A stretch of 64,000 bases of DNA from the NCBI RefSeq assembly GCF_963921235.1, contig NC_086118.1, forward strand, positions 22,756,001 through 22,820,000, written 5' to 3'. Under the pieces are notes generated by a model that ran no database searches, was not told the origin of the DNA, and was given only the letters and a program-made list of their open reading frames with translations. Shown here in pieces: positions 36,916-52,700 of this stretch; position 1 is the first letter of the stretch; each line of letters starts with the position of its first letter. Source of the stretch: Mobula hypostoma. Lineage: Eukaryota. Made by a program: the position numbers and the translations under genes.

Positions 36916-39900
36916 AGCCATGAAATTGCGTCGAGCTGCGAGGAGCCGCTCAGAAGCGGAGTGGGTTGTGTGTTAGTGGTGAGTCGACAGTCGCCACCAG
37001 CCACCTGCCTAAATTCTCTGAACCCCGTCAGCTATCCAAGGTTTCCCAAGTGGACTGCAAGGAAAGGGCTTCAACTGTAAAATACGCTGGGATATGGCGC
37101 AGAATGAAATAGCTATTAAATAAGGAAGCATGATTGAATGGTACCTAAGGAGGAAATCAGCCCCACCCCGCAGTAACTGAAATAAATGAAACGCTCTCTA
37201 AAGAAAATTAAATAAAAGTCTTGACGGGCCACTTCCGACGAAGTTTGCTAATCATGGGTTTGGAACATTCAGTCCTAAAGCGATCTGAGGAGGGTGTGCT
37301 CCCGGCTCTCGCAGTGCCGAGGCTTCCCTCTCCCGTGTGCTTTTACACGGCGCGGTCCGGTGTCTGCCTGACCAGTGATTATAGTTGTTGTCACCAAGGT
37401 GGCGGTATCAGCCCAGCCGCCTGACTTTGAAGTTTCTCCATTCTACTAGAGAAGGAGCTGCTCGTTCTATCGCTTGGGCTGTAGGAGACTGTAAACAGCG
37501 GCCGGAACAAGGCGACGTCTTGTCAGATGGGAAGATAATTGATTTTATTTAAAGCAGCTGCTTTATTGCACTTTAATATATCGCAAATCGTATTCGATTG
37601 CTGGTCCCTGCGGGCCTTCACCATTAAACGGTTGGGCAATAGACGCCGCATTGTACAAAACAGAGTGCTTTAGGCAAAGTACAAAAGTGAGGGACGTTCG
37701 AATGACTGTACACGCATAGATGCAACCAATTTTCATTAACTTCCACTGTTATTTCCCTCAGAGGCTACACATATAGTACAATTCAAAGGGAGGATAGAGA
37801 GCGAGGCACTTTAAAACTGAAATATCTTATTAAAATGGGCAAAGGGTTTAAATAACTATTGTATAAAAATCACAACATGGATTATGTATAACTTCTTAAC
37901 GTTTATGTATATATAGGAGGTCCCAGGAAAAAACTGAAAAGTCCATGTATGATCTGTTGCGTTAATATAAGTTTCTGTCGCCATCACGTTTTCTCAGTCT
38001 GTATTCCGGACAATTAAAGTGTTTATCACAGAATTATAAATACGGTCTGTAAAGTGGGGATATACGGTACTTCCGCCCAATTTAATTGGATTTGAACTTT
38101 CCTTCTTCAACAGCAACAAAGATAAATAGATGTTTTCAAATATTTCTAGTAAGTCTAACATAGATGCACACCGCTACCCCCCACTAAGCACTGCGCAGTG
38201 AGTAGTAATCACGTACTAATTGCTATATATGTTCATGCTCCGCAGCTATTTAGGTCATATTTATTAAAATATAAAACACAGTCACATCTATCAAGGACGG
38301 TGCGTCGGACGTATATTCGAAGAGTGTTTTACCGGCTGCCTGAACATTGAAAGCAAAATCGATTAATGTACAAATACGCGTACGCTCGGGTCTATCCGAA
38401 CCAAAACTTTAAAACTTTTCTTGTGATTGACGTCAGAAGTTGGGGCAACAGAGATTTCTGAGACCATTTGTAAGGAATTGTGTCGCGTGAAAATCAATAT
38501 TAAACAGTCGGGAACATATGAAGAGGTTAAACGCTGACGACTGGAACACCAGAAATTACGTTTCCTCTGCTATCAATTCTCAAATCCAATTGTATCAAAG
38601 CGAGCTAGGAAAATGGGACCTAACAGCCTTTCTTCAACCCAATCGTTTCTGGTTCAGTTAGTTTCTGTCCAGTTTTGTTTAATTCTGTCACTTGTTGCGT
38701 GTTAACATCTCGCTCTCCCACTTAGTTGCATCAATTTAGCCTAAGTTTTGTGCAAACCTCATCACGCAGCCCACCAAAGACGATCACTTTTCTTATCTCT
38801 TGCCTTGTTAAGAGCTAGATCATTTCTTCACAAGTGAAACAAGGACACAACCAAATGTTTCACATCTGCTGCCTTAATTTTTTTTTTTGGGGGGGGTTGT
38901 TTCTTCTGCTGCTTTCTGGAGGACAAAATTTGCATGAAAATAGCGAAGTCAGTGCTTCAATTTGTCCGCACATCAATGCCCGAGAAAGGAAAGCAACCCA
39001 AAAAACAGCGACCCCGGCTTTACCATATGTTCAGGGCCCGTAATAATAGGGCGAGCCAGTAGTTAACAAATCACCTCTGTACAATTTATATTTTTAGGAC
39101 GGAGAAGATGAATTGTGGGAACTACTGTCCGCGAGTTATTTCACAACAGTTTGCACAAAAAGGTTTATTATATATTTATTTAGTAAAACCATGCTTTTAC
39201 TTTGTCACTTTATTCAGCGGTAGGATTCCATTTCACAAATTATGATTATGTCATTACATTTACATTAATATTTACAGTAGTCTTTCTAGTTAGCTTGTCA
39301 CTGTGTCTTCCGTTTTAAACACCAGACATTTTTCTGCCAAAACGATGAAGGATTTGATTTCAAATACATTGAACTCCAAAACATAATTGTTCCTTTCACT
39401 CAGTAAAATTTAAACTCAGTAAGTCATCACTCGAATTTTTAAGACGTTTCAGTAAGAACTTGAAACTTCAAAAGTTTATGTTTAAAAGCTAGGTACGGCA
39501 CGAAGTTTATATTATTAAATTATTACTTTTTAATTGTGCGGCGAAGTCAAATGTAATTAGTAAATGCGATTTGTGTCACTTATATGACCAAACTTTCTAA
39601 CGTAGATTATAGGACGACAAACTGTAGGCACGTTGCGCTAAAATCAGTACATTCAAACGATGTTTTTTCCCCATCATTTATTATAAGCTATAGAACCGGT
39701 GTATGTCGGAAGCCTCGGTCGTATACTTCAGACCATCTGGAAAGCGCGTTAAATAATGGGGCTTGCAATCTTTTTTTTTCAAACTATCGAATAAACTATC
39801 TACGATTGCGAAGAACTATTAAATTTAAAACCGCTGTGAACTATTGATATTTAAAGTGGATTCAGTTATTTTAAAGCAAAGGAATTTTCTTATTTGATTA

Positions 39901-42169
39901 GTTATTTTAATCATCTAATTACTGATTGGGATGTTCTCTTGTCGCTGATAATTTATTATGGATACGAATTTATAATCCGGCTGCATTTATTACAGAAGCC
40001 AAGATCCAAATTCTTAAACAAAATATGCTTCACTTCCTGTTTTTTTTCATCTGTAAAGTCCCACTCTGAGCTAATGTTAGAATGTTTCCAGCATACTTAA
40101 AAAGTAAACCTGTCTTTTTTATATACAATATTAAGATGTCTCAGTTACAGTTTAAAAAAAGTCCCTTCCCCGCCCTCCACATGCCCGAACTTTGGAATTC
40201 GGAGCTCTCTGGGAGACACATTTCTGCCTCTAAGAGGCAGCAACCGCCAACGCAAGGCGCCAGAAGCCGTACGCCAGACCTGGAAACCTCGGCTCCCGCA
40301 CATCCGAACGCCCGGCTAAAGCAGTAACAAGCTCGAATGAGAAAAATATGCTTCCGAGATCAATCAGTCGGCAGTAAAATTAACACTGATGTTCTTTTTT
40401 TAAAAAAAAACAACGGTGCAACCGATTAAAACGAGTTAACGGTTTTCCCCAAACCACTCTTTCGATACAAGTACAAACGTCACACCCCTCTCATAGTCCT
40501 CTGACAGTTCATTAGGTTTATGTCGGTACCACCATTCCCAATTATGCCAACATTAAACTTTTGCACACCGGCGTACTGGTGCTGAACAAAGAACGACTTT
40601 TTCTTTATTTAAAAAAAAACATTTTTAATTGTTAAAGTGTAAAAGGTTAATATAAGCTACAAGCTCTAGTAATGAATTACAGGGAGCGGTGTACTGTGTA
40701 AAAGAGCACATTTAGCATAAAGCAAACGTTTACAGGGATCTGTCGGACAGAATGATAAATGTACGTCCCGAAAAGGAGAAATTAGCGGAGTAGCTGGGCG
40801 CAGGAAACAGAAGCGACATAACGCGCGTGAAAAGAATACGAATTAAACACTGAGTTGAATAGCATTAAAAGTTCTAACGCTGAAGTAAATTCTAATGCTT
40901 GGGAGATAATAGAACATGACAGACTCTGGGGGCGGAATCAAATAAAACAGAATAAATAATGCTGATTCTAGTTGATTTTAATATATAACAGCGCTTTATT
41001 AAACGGCATTCGTGCCTTGTTACCGTTTAAAAGGCAAATCTACAACGGTATTTGGAATCAACTTGCTCACGTTCAAGAGGGAGGACATTAGCAACACGAC
41101 GTTCCTTTCCTGTAGGAAATAGCTGCGAGTTGGAACTTTATTTTGACAATATTGGTCGAGAGGAATTCCAAGTAACTTGTGTTCATCCAAAGGCCTCACG
41201 GCGTGTCCACCGGTGCAATACAATTCCAGGCCGTTAGTGATAAGCTTTAGTTTATATACTGTATTTAGAAGCGATAAAAGCGGAATCAATGTAATTTTTT
41301 TCCGGGATGACAGCACGTTAATGATTTTGAAAAATAAAAATACTGGCGTCTGTGTAACGTGTACTGCAACTGCCTAATTTATAGGACAAAATGTTTAATT
41401 AAGGGCACAAACTGCAACTCCTCGCTACCTCTTTTCCCCACTGCCTTCCAACCTTCACCCGATGCTAAATCATTAAAATAAAATTGCTGGAACTATAAAT
41501 ATCTACTTTACGATTCACGTTTGGTCACTTGGAAAATAAGTAATGAAGATCATTCGTTAATGTCAATGAAGGGGGTGATGCATAACTCTTCAGACTAAGT
41601 TGTTTCTTTCTCTCCCGGTCTCGTTCCACTCACCCGACAACCTGCTGCTTTAATTAAATATTTACTATTTTGGCCACAAATTCAACCAGCTACGCCCGAA
41701 GGACCTGCGCTAAAATTAGCACCTCCAAATGACTTTACATTTGCAAGCAAAAGTAGGAAACACACAAGTAAACAAAGGCAAGAGTTTGTATTAACAGTTT
41801 GGTCGCAGACAGTTTTAACTCTTTCACAGCATTTCTTGTCCGTCCACGCACACCATCCATTTTGCCAACTACCCAGCTTGGGCAGTTAAAACCGGGAATA
41901 ATTCCTGCCCCAGAAGCAAAACACCGCAGATGCCTGACATCTGAAATAAAAGCGGGAATTGTAGAAACAGTCAGCAAGTCGGAGATCATTAATAGGGAAA
42001 GGAGCAGATAATTTTTCAGGTTGACGATTTCACTAGAAATGAGAATGTTGCACTGGTTTCAGGTCATAGAGAAAGGGGGAAGGAATTAACATGAGGGGTG
42101 GATGTGAGTTTGGGTTTTTCCAGGAACAATCTATTCTTGATCTCCTCAAAGCCCTCTTCGAGAAATTAA

Positions 42170-42294
42170 TCTTTTACTAGCTCTTCTTTCTGTTAGTCCT
42201 GACGAAGGGTCTCGGCCGAAACGTCGACTGTACCTCTTCTTAGAGATGCTGCCTGGCCTGCTGCATTCACCAGCAACTTTTATGTGTGTTGCTT
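42170..42294 (+). mobile_element. Penelope-like terminal fragment with hammerhead motif (42194-42230)
   Basis: tagtcCTGACGAagggtctcggccGAAACGTCgactg...gtgtgttgctt. Confidence 0.8.
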
Positions 42295-42429
42295 AAAGTA
42301 GTTTTCATGACTGAGGTGCAAATAATTGTCCTTGACATCAAGACTGCATTAGACCAATTTTGGTTCATGAAGCTCTGGAAAACCTGAAATCTATGAATTT
42401 CAAAGATACCAAGTGATTGAAGTGCTGCC

Positions 42430-42965
42430 ACTCCCAACGGATGGTAATTGTGATCATTGGGGCTCAATATCCCAAACTATGACATCACACAAGATGTCCG
42501 AAGAGCAGTGCCCTAAGCTCTATCATCTGTGATCGCCCTTCCACCCTAAAGTCAGATATGTGCATGTTTGCTGATGATTGCACAGTGTTTAATTCCATTC
42601 ACAGCTTCTCAGCAAATGAAGCAGCCTATACCTCCATTTAGCAAGACCAAGACAGCATTGATTGATGAGTGGAAAGTACTACTGATCCACAAAAGTACCA
42701 AGCAAAGACCATCTTTAGTAAGAGGGAGTTTTAACTATCTATCTTTGTTGTTCAATACCATTACCATCACAATTACTAGATCCCACAACATCAATATTCT
42801 GTGTGTCTCTGTTAACTACAAACTCAATGGGATCATAAGTACAATCACTAAAAGTGCAGGTCAGAAGCTGGGTATCCTGCAGCAACTGACTCTCATTGTA
42901 CCCTCCCAACTTCTACAAGGCACAGGTCAGTATCATGATGGAAATATTCTCCACTTTGCAGCTCC
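42430..42965 (+). mobile_element. Highly degenerate CR1/L2-group LINE RT fragment
   Basis: atgtttgctgatgattgc (MFADDC) and overall similarity to 2790-3250. Confidence 0.5.
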
Positions 42966-44196
42966 GGTGACTTTAGAACATAGAACAATGTAGCACAGTA
43001 CAGGCTGTTCAGCCCACAATGTTGTGCCAATATTTTAACCACCCAGCATTAATCTAATCTTTCCTTCCCACACAGCCCTCCAACTTTCTATCATCCATGT
43101 TTCATACAACTCAAGACCAAGCAAGCCATTAACTGCCACCCATTTATCAATCTAAATATTTACTCCCCCCACCTTCAGTAGATCATAGTGTACCATCTAC
43201 AAAATACTGTGCATTTACTGAAACAGGTTACTCATTGGAGGAGGCATAAATTGAAGATAAAGCAGAATCAAAGATTCAAAATATGTTTATTGTCAATGTA
43301 TGCATGCAGTAAACAACCCTGAGAATTATTAAAATTATCAGAAGAAAATACTTTTCTTTTAACACAGAAAGAATGGCTTATCTTTGTAACAACTAAATAG
43401 CTACGCCCATTATAGTCTGGAAAGCATGCTTTTTAAAATTCCTTATAATAACCATTATCACTAGAAATATTGAATATCTTCCTTATCATGATTCCATCTT
43501 TTTCACTTTTCCTTCTTTACGTCTCTCTGTTAAATCTGTCTTTAATTCACCATCCTCACTGAATCTCATATTTCTTCACTTGCATTTCACTGGTTTTAAT
43601 ATTAATAGCTACAACTTTCAGGAAATTGCAGTTATGTGACTTACAGTCCTGTTAACAATTCAGATATCTTGCAAATTGCACTGCAAAAATAAAATGACCC
43701 AGGGTTTAAAAAAAAAATAGTTCCTGGAGCGGGATCTGCCCAATGGGGTTTGGATAGCTAAATGGTCTCTTCCTAGGGGATGGACTTGGGAGGTGTTTTT
43801 TGGCTGGCTGGAGACAGATCATCCATCTCCCCATGTTGCTCCCCTTGGGGTGGAGTGAGGCACATTTAGTATTTAGATAGATTTAACACATTGCAACTCC
43901 ATTTTGTTGCTGCTTTTTATTCCGGCTGTAGGTCCCAATGCCCCCAAAATATGTAGAGCTAAGTGTATTGTCAGATTGGCTATAAATCTGAGCAACCAAT
44001 CTTTCAATTTAAAAGGATTAAGATGAAAAAAATCAGTTTTTCTATTGGAAATAGATGATTGTAGGCTATTTTGCTTCAGAATTCATTCAGTGAATTGAAT
44101 GTAATAATCTGTGTGATGTTATTTAATATTGGGGTGCACTTCAAAAAAAAGACCAATGCTTTTTTCTAAATTTTGGATTATTCCCACCTTCTACAA

Positions 44197-45618
44197 GGCA
44201 CAAGGGGAGGTACCAGAGGATTGGAGGATAGCCTATGTTGTTCCACTATCTAAAAAAGGCTCTAAACAGAACCCAGGAAATTATGGGCTGGTGAATCTGA
44301 CGTCAGTTGTGGAAAAATTATTGGAAGGTAATCTAAGGGACTGGATATATAAGTATTTGGATAGATATGACTGATTAAGGATAGCCAGCATGGCCACATG
44401 CATGGTATGTCATGTCTAACCAACCTTATAGAGTTTTTTTGAGGAAGTTACCAGGTAAGTGGATGAAGGCAAGGCAATGGATGTTGCCTATATAGATTTC
44501 AAGAAGGCGTACGACAAGATCCTGCGTGGGAGGCTGGTCAGGAAGGTTCAGTCGCTCGGCATTCAGGATGAGGTAGTAAATTGGGTTAGACATTGGCTTT
44601 GTGGGAGAAGCCAGAGAATGGTAGTAGAGGGTTGCCTCTCTGACTGGAAGCCTGTGATTAGTGGTGTGCCACAGGTACCGGTGCTGGGTCCTTTGTTGTT
44701 TGTCATCTGTATCAATGATCTGGATGTTAATATGGATGATGAGATCACCAAATTTGCAGATGACACCAAGTTTGGGGATGTAGTGGACAGTGAGGAGGGC
44801 TATCGTGGCTTGCAGATGGATCTGAATCAGCTGGAAAAATGGACTGTAATTTAGCTGATGACATTTAATGCAGACCTGTACGAGGTATTGCACTTCTGTA
44901 GGATCAACCAGGGTAGATATTACACAGTGAATGGTAGGGCAATGAGGGGTGCTATAGAACAGAGGGATCTGGGAATACAGGTCCATAATTCAATGAAAGT
45001 GGTGTCACAGGTAGATAGTGTTGTAAAGAAAGCTTTTGGCACATTAGCCTTCATAAATCAAAAGAATTGAGTACAGAGCATAGGATGTTATGTTGAATTT
45101 GTACAAGACATTGGTGAGGCCTAATTTGGAGTACTGTGTGCAGTTATGGTCACCTACCTACAGGAAAAACATAAAGAAGGTTGAAAGAGTGCGGAGAAAA
45201 TTTACAAGGACGTTGCCGGGTCTGGAGGACCTGAGTTATATGGAAAGATTGAATAGGTTAGGACTGTATTCTTTAGAATTATGAGGGGTATAGATAGGGT
45301 ATATGAAAGCAGGCTTTTTCCACTGAGGTTGGGTGGGACCATGAACAGAGATTATATGTTAAGAGTGAAAGGTAAGAAGTTTAAGGGGAACACAAGGGGA
45401 AAAAGGGATGTGAGAGTGTGGAATGAGCTGCCAGGAAAAGTGGTGCATGGGAACTTGCTTTCAATGTTTAAGGGAAGATTGGATAGGCACAACGATGGTA
45501 GGGGTACGGAGAGTTATGGTCCCTGTGCAGTCGATAGGAGTATGCATTTTAAATGGTTTGGCATAGACTAGACGGGCCGAAGGGCCAGTTTCTGTGTTGT
45601 ATTTCTCTATGACTCTAT
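44197..45618 (+). mobile_element. CR1 LINE 3' 1.4 kb, decayed
   Basis: VPEDWRIAYVVPL, DVAYIDFKKAYDK, SGVPQVPVLGPLLF, KFADDTK, LVRPNLEYCVQLWSP; tail ctctatgactctat. Confidence 0.92.
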
Positions 45619-46419
45619 CACTAGTCAGAACCATGAAGGATTATTTTATTGTTATCCTTTTAAGGGTTGAACAGATCTGAATTACTTGTTCACACTTACT
45701 TTTAATTTAGAAGATTCCACAATTGCTTTTATTTTCTCTCTCTGATTTATGCAAGCACAGTGGAACGATGGGGGAAGAGGTTTCACCAACAGTCGAAATG
45801 AAACATATAGAAAGGCTTCTGTGAGCCATAGTCAAAGAAAGATATGGCATGAAAACAGGCCATTTGATTCTATTTTGAAGCTACCTGATTGTCATAAAAA
45901 TCCTATCTGATTTACTAATCCCATTCAAAACAGAAACTCTAGCATTCCTTCCCTCGTCTGGCCTAATAGTGAATCCAAGCCCATTATGTTTGCTTCTTTA
46001 ACTGCCTACTCAATTCAAGATCAGACTTGCATGGATAATAAATGCCAGTGTTGCCAGTCATACTTGCATCCTGTAGATGAATCGTTAAGACTCTCTTGAT
46101 TGTAGAGAGTGTCCTCATTCTAGGGAAAAAAATTCCAGTAACAAAAACATTTCTGTGGTTGCTTACAAACTTGACACTCCTTAGTCAAAGACAATGACCA
46201 TAACGGAAGCATCATTAATGAACGTAAAATTTTATGACACTGTACCACCACTGAGCAAATCCAGAAACACATCATAAAGAAGGATTTCACTCCCTTTGAT
46301 GGCACTAGTCAAGTTTCATTGAAGGGACTGCAAACAGAGCATTAGAGATCACATCTATAGATAAACTATATTTGTTGCATGCAGATTGATGAACTGTCAA
46401 TAACTAATGTCATAATAAT

Positions 46420-46672
46420 TTTATTTATCTATTTATTTATAGAGATAGGCCCTTTCCTCACCCTTTGAGCCACATCGCCCAGCATTCCTCCCCTCCGCCC
46501 CCCGAATTAATCCTGGACTAATCATGGGACAATTTACAATGACCAATTAACCTACCAGCCGATACGTCTTTGGACTGTGGGTGCACTCAGACGAAACCCA
46601 TATGGTCACGGGGAATACGTACTAACTCCTTGAACCCAGGTCACTGGGACTGTAAACTCTTGTGTTAACCAT
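46420..46672 (-). mobile_element. V-domain SINE copy
   Basis: gggacaatttacaatgaccaattaacctacc...tctttggactgtggg; (ttta)n tail. Confidence 0.7.
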
Positions 46673-49600
46673 GATGTAAAGACACCACTCATGTTCCATA
46701 AAGCTAGATTTCCAGTGGTTTCTCTTTTGAAATTTTAGATGTTCAGCTCTTATCAGTTTCCTTGCAGTTTATCGTTCACAATGTATTTTGTGTCACAAAC
46801 AGAAATGAAGAAATTTTAAAGTGTGACCACATCCAGGCTTTATCCAGGCAGATACTTACGGTTTTATACCTTGGGTTATACATTCACAGTTACAACATGT
46901 GTTCACAATTCAGAGCATTGTTTACAGTTCAACATTTAATCTTTCAGCAGTTCAACACTTTCTTTATGGTGAACTGCTTCCAGGGATGTTGTAATGTGCA
47001 CAGACTGCAAAATAATTTGGATAAACGCAACAACACTCTGTAATACCTTCCTGTTGTTGAATGTGCTTCCTCACTCCTGCTTGGTAGCTACTTCAGTCAG
47101 CTGTTCATGCAACATAATGGAGCCTGAACATTAAAAAGACTAATTTAATTAATGGCCTCGGAATTTCTACACCAATAATAATTATTTAAATTCAGAGATT
47201 AGATTACTGCCTTGAACTTGCTCTCTAGTATACTTTGTTTCAATTGCTTTTGAGGTTTTCAATTTTATTTTGGACTCAATGAAGGTCACCCATACATCAA
47301 ATGGTTGATCTATGATGATATTTTTAAAAGAATATTGAATTCATTGCAACATTAATAAAGGAAATTTTTCTACTAACAGAGTTTAGCATGATTTATTATA
47401 TTTACTACAAACGGTGTCTCTTTAGCAACCTTAGCAGTGGTTTGCAATCACCTTCAATTAATGTTTTTCTAATGCAACATACAGTTGTAATCATCAATTA
47501 CCTGTAATATTTTTTTGAGGATTGCCGAATGCAACCATTATACAACAAATACTAACAGATGCTGCAGAGAGAACTGAAGGCTGAAACTCAATCCTAGGAT
47601 CTGCTGATGTACATAAACTGCTCAGACTGCATTCCTCTGGTTTATGAAGTCATCAGGTCCTTTGATTGAATCAAGCAATCTTGCAACTCCCTCCAGAGCA
47701 GCCCTAAACATAAACAAGGATCCTTTATTTTCTCATGCAAATATATTTTATTTTAAGATGTTTTAATCTACCATCTCACTTTTTATTAAAGCAAAGAGAA
47801 TTTTACCAATCAAGAGTGGGATAATCTCGCTCCATGTGATCTTACAGCTGTGCCTTTCCTGCCAGTATTTCTCTACCCATAACCTTTAACCTACATACCA
47901 CTTTCAACATTACTGGACAAATAAGCTCAAAAACACCTCGGAGAATATGTAATAAGATATTCCTCTTATTTCTTTTGTACTTCCAGCAAATTATGGTTAT
48001 TGAATCATTTAGGAAAGAATGTGACAGATTCCACATTAAGTTGGTACATTATTACTAGCACAACTGCTCAAAACATCAGACATATAAATTAGATGCAGCA
48101 AAATGAAATAAATTACTTTAAAAAAGTTTCTTTTCACCCCAAGAAGGTTTAGCACTCCTTAATGTGTAGCAGAAAGGAAAACTTTTCAACATTCCCCATC
48201 AAATTTCAGCAAGTCACATTTCTAGTCCAAACTTACCAATCATTATGTGCAAATCATCACACTTCCCCTCTAGTCTAAAGACATGCAGAACAATTGCTAT
48301 AAGTGTAAGTTTCACTTGGTAACATCTCGTCCTTGCTAACAATCAACACAGGCACATTTCAAGGATATGTACTTAAGCCCACTATTTAACTCTCTCTACA
48401 CTCATGACTTTGTGGCTTGGCACAGCTCAAACACCTTTGATAAATTTACTGATGACAGCACTTCTGTTCACAGAGTCTCAGACAGTGATGAAGAGCCACA
48501 GCGAAGCTAAATAGGTTGGCTGGTTGAGTGGTGTCACAACAATAAGCTTGCACTCAACATCAACAAGACCAAGGAATTGATTGTGGACTTCAGGAACTCA
48601 AAAGCAGAGGTGGAGGTGTATGCCTCATGGTCAACTCTTCTTGGTGCACAAATATATCAGTGCTGTCCCAATTCTGCTCACCAGACCTGGAATATCTAGC
48701 AGTAAAGTGCTGTACTTTTTACCTATCACGAGAATTCTCTGGGGTCATTTTGGCAGCACTTTACATTCCACCTCAGGCCAATGTCAAGCAGGCTTTAGCT
48801 GATCTGAGTAAGGATCAACATGCATGAATCAGTGCACCCTAACGCCTTCACTATCGTTTTGGGAGATTTTAACCAGGCCACTCTGAAAAAATCACTGAGC
48901 AACTACCATCAACAGATCACTTGCAATACAAGAGGAAACAACACACTGGACCATTGCTACACCACCATCAAGAATGCCTACCGTGCTATTCTACGTCCTC
49001 ACTTCGGGAAGTCTGAACACCGAACTGTACTTCTACTCCCTGAGTATAGACAGAGACTGAAGACTGCAGCACCAGCAGTGAGGACCAACAAGTGAAGCAC
49101 TAGAGCGCCTACAGGACTGCTTTGAATCGGTGTACTGGACTGTATTCAGGGATTCATCTTCAAACCTGGATGAGTATGCTGCAGTTGTTACCAACTTCAT
49201 TAAAACCTATGTGCGTGAGTGTGTGCACACAAAAACTTACTGTGTATTCCCAAACCAAAAGCTGTGGATGAACCAGGAGGAACATCACCTGCTGAAGGCT
49301 AGATCTGTGGCATTCAAGTCTGACAACCCAGACTTGTACCAAAACTAGGTATGATTTGCGGAGGGCTATTTCAAGGGCGAAGATACAATTTTAAATGAGG
49401 TTGGACATGATATTGGATGCATGGCAACTCTGACAGGGTCTGCAAGACGTTACATCCTACAAAACGAAACCCAATAGGATGAATGGCAGTGATGCTTTAC
49501 TACCAGATGAACTCAACGCTATCTATGCACGCTTTGAAAGAGAGAACACAACTACAGCTGTGAAGATCCCGGCTGCACCTGATGACCCTGTGATCCCTGT

Positions 49601-49786
49601 CTCAGAGGCCAATGTTAGGCTGTCTTTAAAGAGAATAAACCCTCACAAGGCAGAAGGTCCCATTGGAGAACCTGGTAAGGCTCTGAAAACCTGTGCCAAC
49701 CAACTAGCAGGAGTATTGAAGGACATTTTCAACCTCTCACTGCTATGGGCAGAAGTTCCCACTTGCTTCAAAAAGGCAACAATCAT

Positions 49787-52700
49787 CATCATCAGCATCA
49801 CCATCAGGTGCTGTGCCCAGTTTGAGCTTTGACTGCCATGGCCCACACACTCCTGTTTCAGGTCAAGTGGATCAATTCATTGGTATTCATTTCCAGTTCT
49901 CTGGCTGCTGTCTCCATCATCATTTGTCTTTGTCTTCCTCTTGCTTTCTTCCCTTCAATCTTTCCCATAATTACCGTGCATTCTAACTCCTCTTTCCTAA
50001 CCACATGTTCAATGACGTTACATTGCCTTTTCATGATCTCATACATTATTTCTCTTTTTGTGCTTGCTATGTTCATGACATCCTCATTAGATATTTGTTT
50101 TGTCTATGATATTCTTTGCATCCTCCTCAAAAAAATCACATCTCTGCTGCTTCAATTCATTTCCTCATGTTACTAGACATTGTCCAACATTCTGAGCCAT
50201 ATAACATAACTGGATAAACGTAACATTTCAGTACTCTGAGGCGGGTTGTCATGCCTAGTTTAGTATTGGTCAGTATACTCTTCATTTTCGTAAAGGTGTC
50301 TTCTGCCATCCCTATTCATCTTTTGACGTCCATATTGCATCTGCCATCTGATGTCACCCAGTTTCCTAAGTAGCAAAAGTTCTGCAATTGTTTTATGTCT
50401 TCCCAGTTTACTCTCAGCCTGCAGATAGGATTCTCCTTCTTTTTTGATATCGCCATACATTCTGTCTTTTTGCAATTGATAGATGGACCCATTTTTGCAT
50501 TTTCTTCAACAACTATATCAATTAAGTTTTGTAGTTCTTCCTCCGTACTTGCAATTAACACAGTGTCATCCGCATGTCTGAAATTACTGATGTTTTCACT
50601 GCCAACTTTGATTCCCAAGATGTCTCTTATTTTTTGTAATATTGTTTCACTGTAACACATTAAATAAATCAGGGGAGAGAACACACCCTTGTCTAATGCC
50701 TCTCTTGATTTTCGTAAACTGACTCACTTCTCCATCTATTCTTACAGTGGCAATTTGTTCCCTGTACAGATCTCTGATTAGGAGGTCTTTCAAATCTAGA
50801 TCAAATTTTTCTGTAATATTTCAAATAACTTATTGTGCTTCACTTTATCAAATGCTTTTGTGTAGTCGATAAAACAAACAAACGAATCTTTTTGCACTTG
50901 AATAGCTCATTCTGATAGTATCCTTAACATCAATATTGCGTTTCTTGTACCTTTGTCTTTCACAAAACCACATTGTTCTTTACCTGTTTCAGCTTGTATC
51001 TTACTTTTAGCTCTTGTCATCAAAATTCTTAGAAGTACCTTGGTGATATGACTCATTAAGCTTATGGTCCTATGTAGTTCACATTCCATTGCTCCAAGTT
51101 TCTTAGGAAGAGTGATAAATACTGTTTTTTTCATCTCTTCTGATATTATTGCAGTCTCATAAATGTCATTGATTAAATCAGTAAGTTTTTCAATTCCATA
51201 ATCTTCAAGGGCGATAATTTCTTCTATTACTAATTCATCAGGACCCGCTGCCTTTCCTTTCTTCATCTCATTTATTGCATTACGAACTTCAGATTTTAAA
51301 ATACTTGGACCTTCAATATTCCTCTTAATTTCTGGTTCTCACCTCCATCGTCTTCAAATAATTCCTGAATATACTCAGTCCATCTGTTAATAATCTCATC
51401 TTTTTCCATGATAATGGTACCATCCTTTGCTTTCAAACATCCACCTGAAGAACAGAAGAGCTTTTTACCAGTGATATTCTTGATTCGTTGATGTAACCCT
51501 TTAGGATCAGTAATAGGGATTCTTTCTATTTGCTCACATTCCTGGTTTAACCATTTTTCTTTGGCTTTTTGACATAAGCTTTTAACTTTTTTATCTAAAG
51601 ACTTATATTCTATAGGATTTTCTTTCTTCCATCTCCTTTCTTCCATTAGATTTTTGATTTCATCTGTCATCCATTTATTCTTTGTGCTTTTTTCTTTTTT
51701 AGGAATCACTGACTTTGCTGATTCTACCAAGGCATCCTTTAGAGAGTTAAACTTCATTTCTACATGATTGCTATCATCTTCAACAGATTCTATTTCTAGA
51801 CTTTGAAATCTATTCCTTACTTCAATTGTAAATTTTTGTCTTAAGTTTTCTTCTTTCATTAGTTGCAAGTAGTCAAGGGATTGTTCAGGTTTTTGCTTCT
51901 TTAATTTTTTAAGTTTTACTTTTACATGACATATTACTGGATTATGGTCACTATTACAGTCTGCACCTGGATATGTTTTGCATTGAGTCACTGAGTTTCT
52001 AAATCTTTAGTTTATAGTAATAAATTCAATTTGATTTCTGGTGTCACCACCTGGACTTTTCCATGTCCACAAGCATCTTGGGTGGTTTTTAAATTAGGTA
52101 TTCATAATGACCTGATTATTCATCTTGCACCATTCTACCCATTTCTCACCTCTTTCATTTCTTTCCCCAGTCCAAATCTTCCTATGGGAAGGAGGTTGCA
52201 GTTCCCGGATGTGGTGCACACAACCCTATGCTCGGGCATTGTACTGTAGTCAACCGAAGACAAGAAAATAATTCTGGTTGAGCTGACTGTGCCGTGGGAG
52301 GAGGGATGGGAAGAGGCCCACGAGAGAAACGCCTTGAAGTACCAGCCCTTAGTGCAAGAGTGTAAAGACAAGGGATGGCAGACATGGTTCTTCCCTGTGG
52401 AGATCGGCTGCAGAGGTTTCCCAGTCAAATCAGCATGGCGGTTGTTGTCAGATCTGGGCCTGGACGAAAGGAGCAAAAAACAAGCAGCTCGTAGGATGGG
52501 GGAAGAGGCAGAACGAGCCTCTTGTTGGATTTGGAGTAGGCGAGAGGAGGGCAGCTGGAAGCCAAGAGCAGATGGGCAGTGATTTGGCCACCACTGCCGG
52601 CCCACCAACTGGAGAGTGTAGTGGTTAAGGGTCGAAACACTCGGTGAAGGTTGGGAACCATCTGATGACATCTGCTTCTGGCTGAAGTCTACGGTTACCT

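Noticed and set aside
52625..52675. Type II hammerhead in the Hero 3' UTR (GAAAC...CTGATGA)
   Set aside because: No NUH triplet after the putative stem III (reads GTGAA), extra bases before CUGA, and no convincing stem II.
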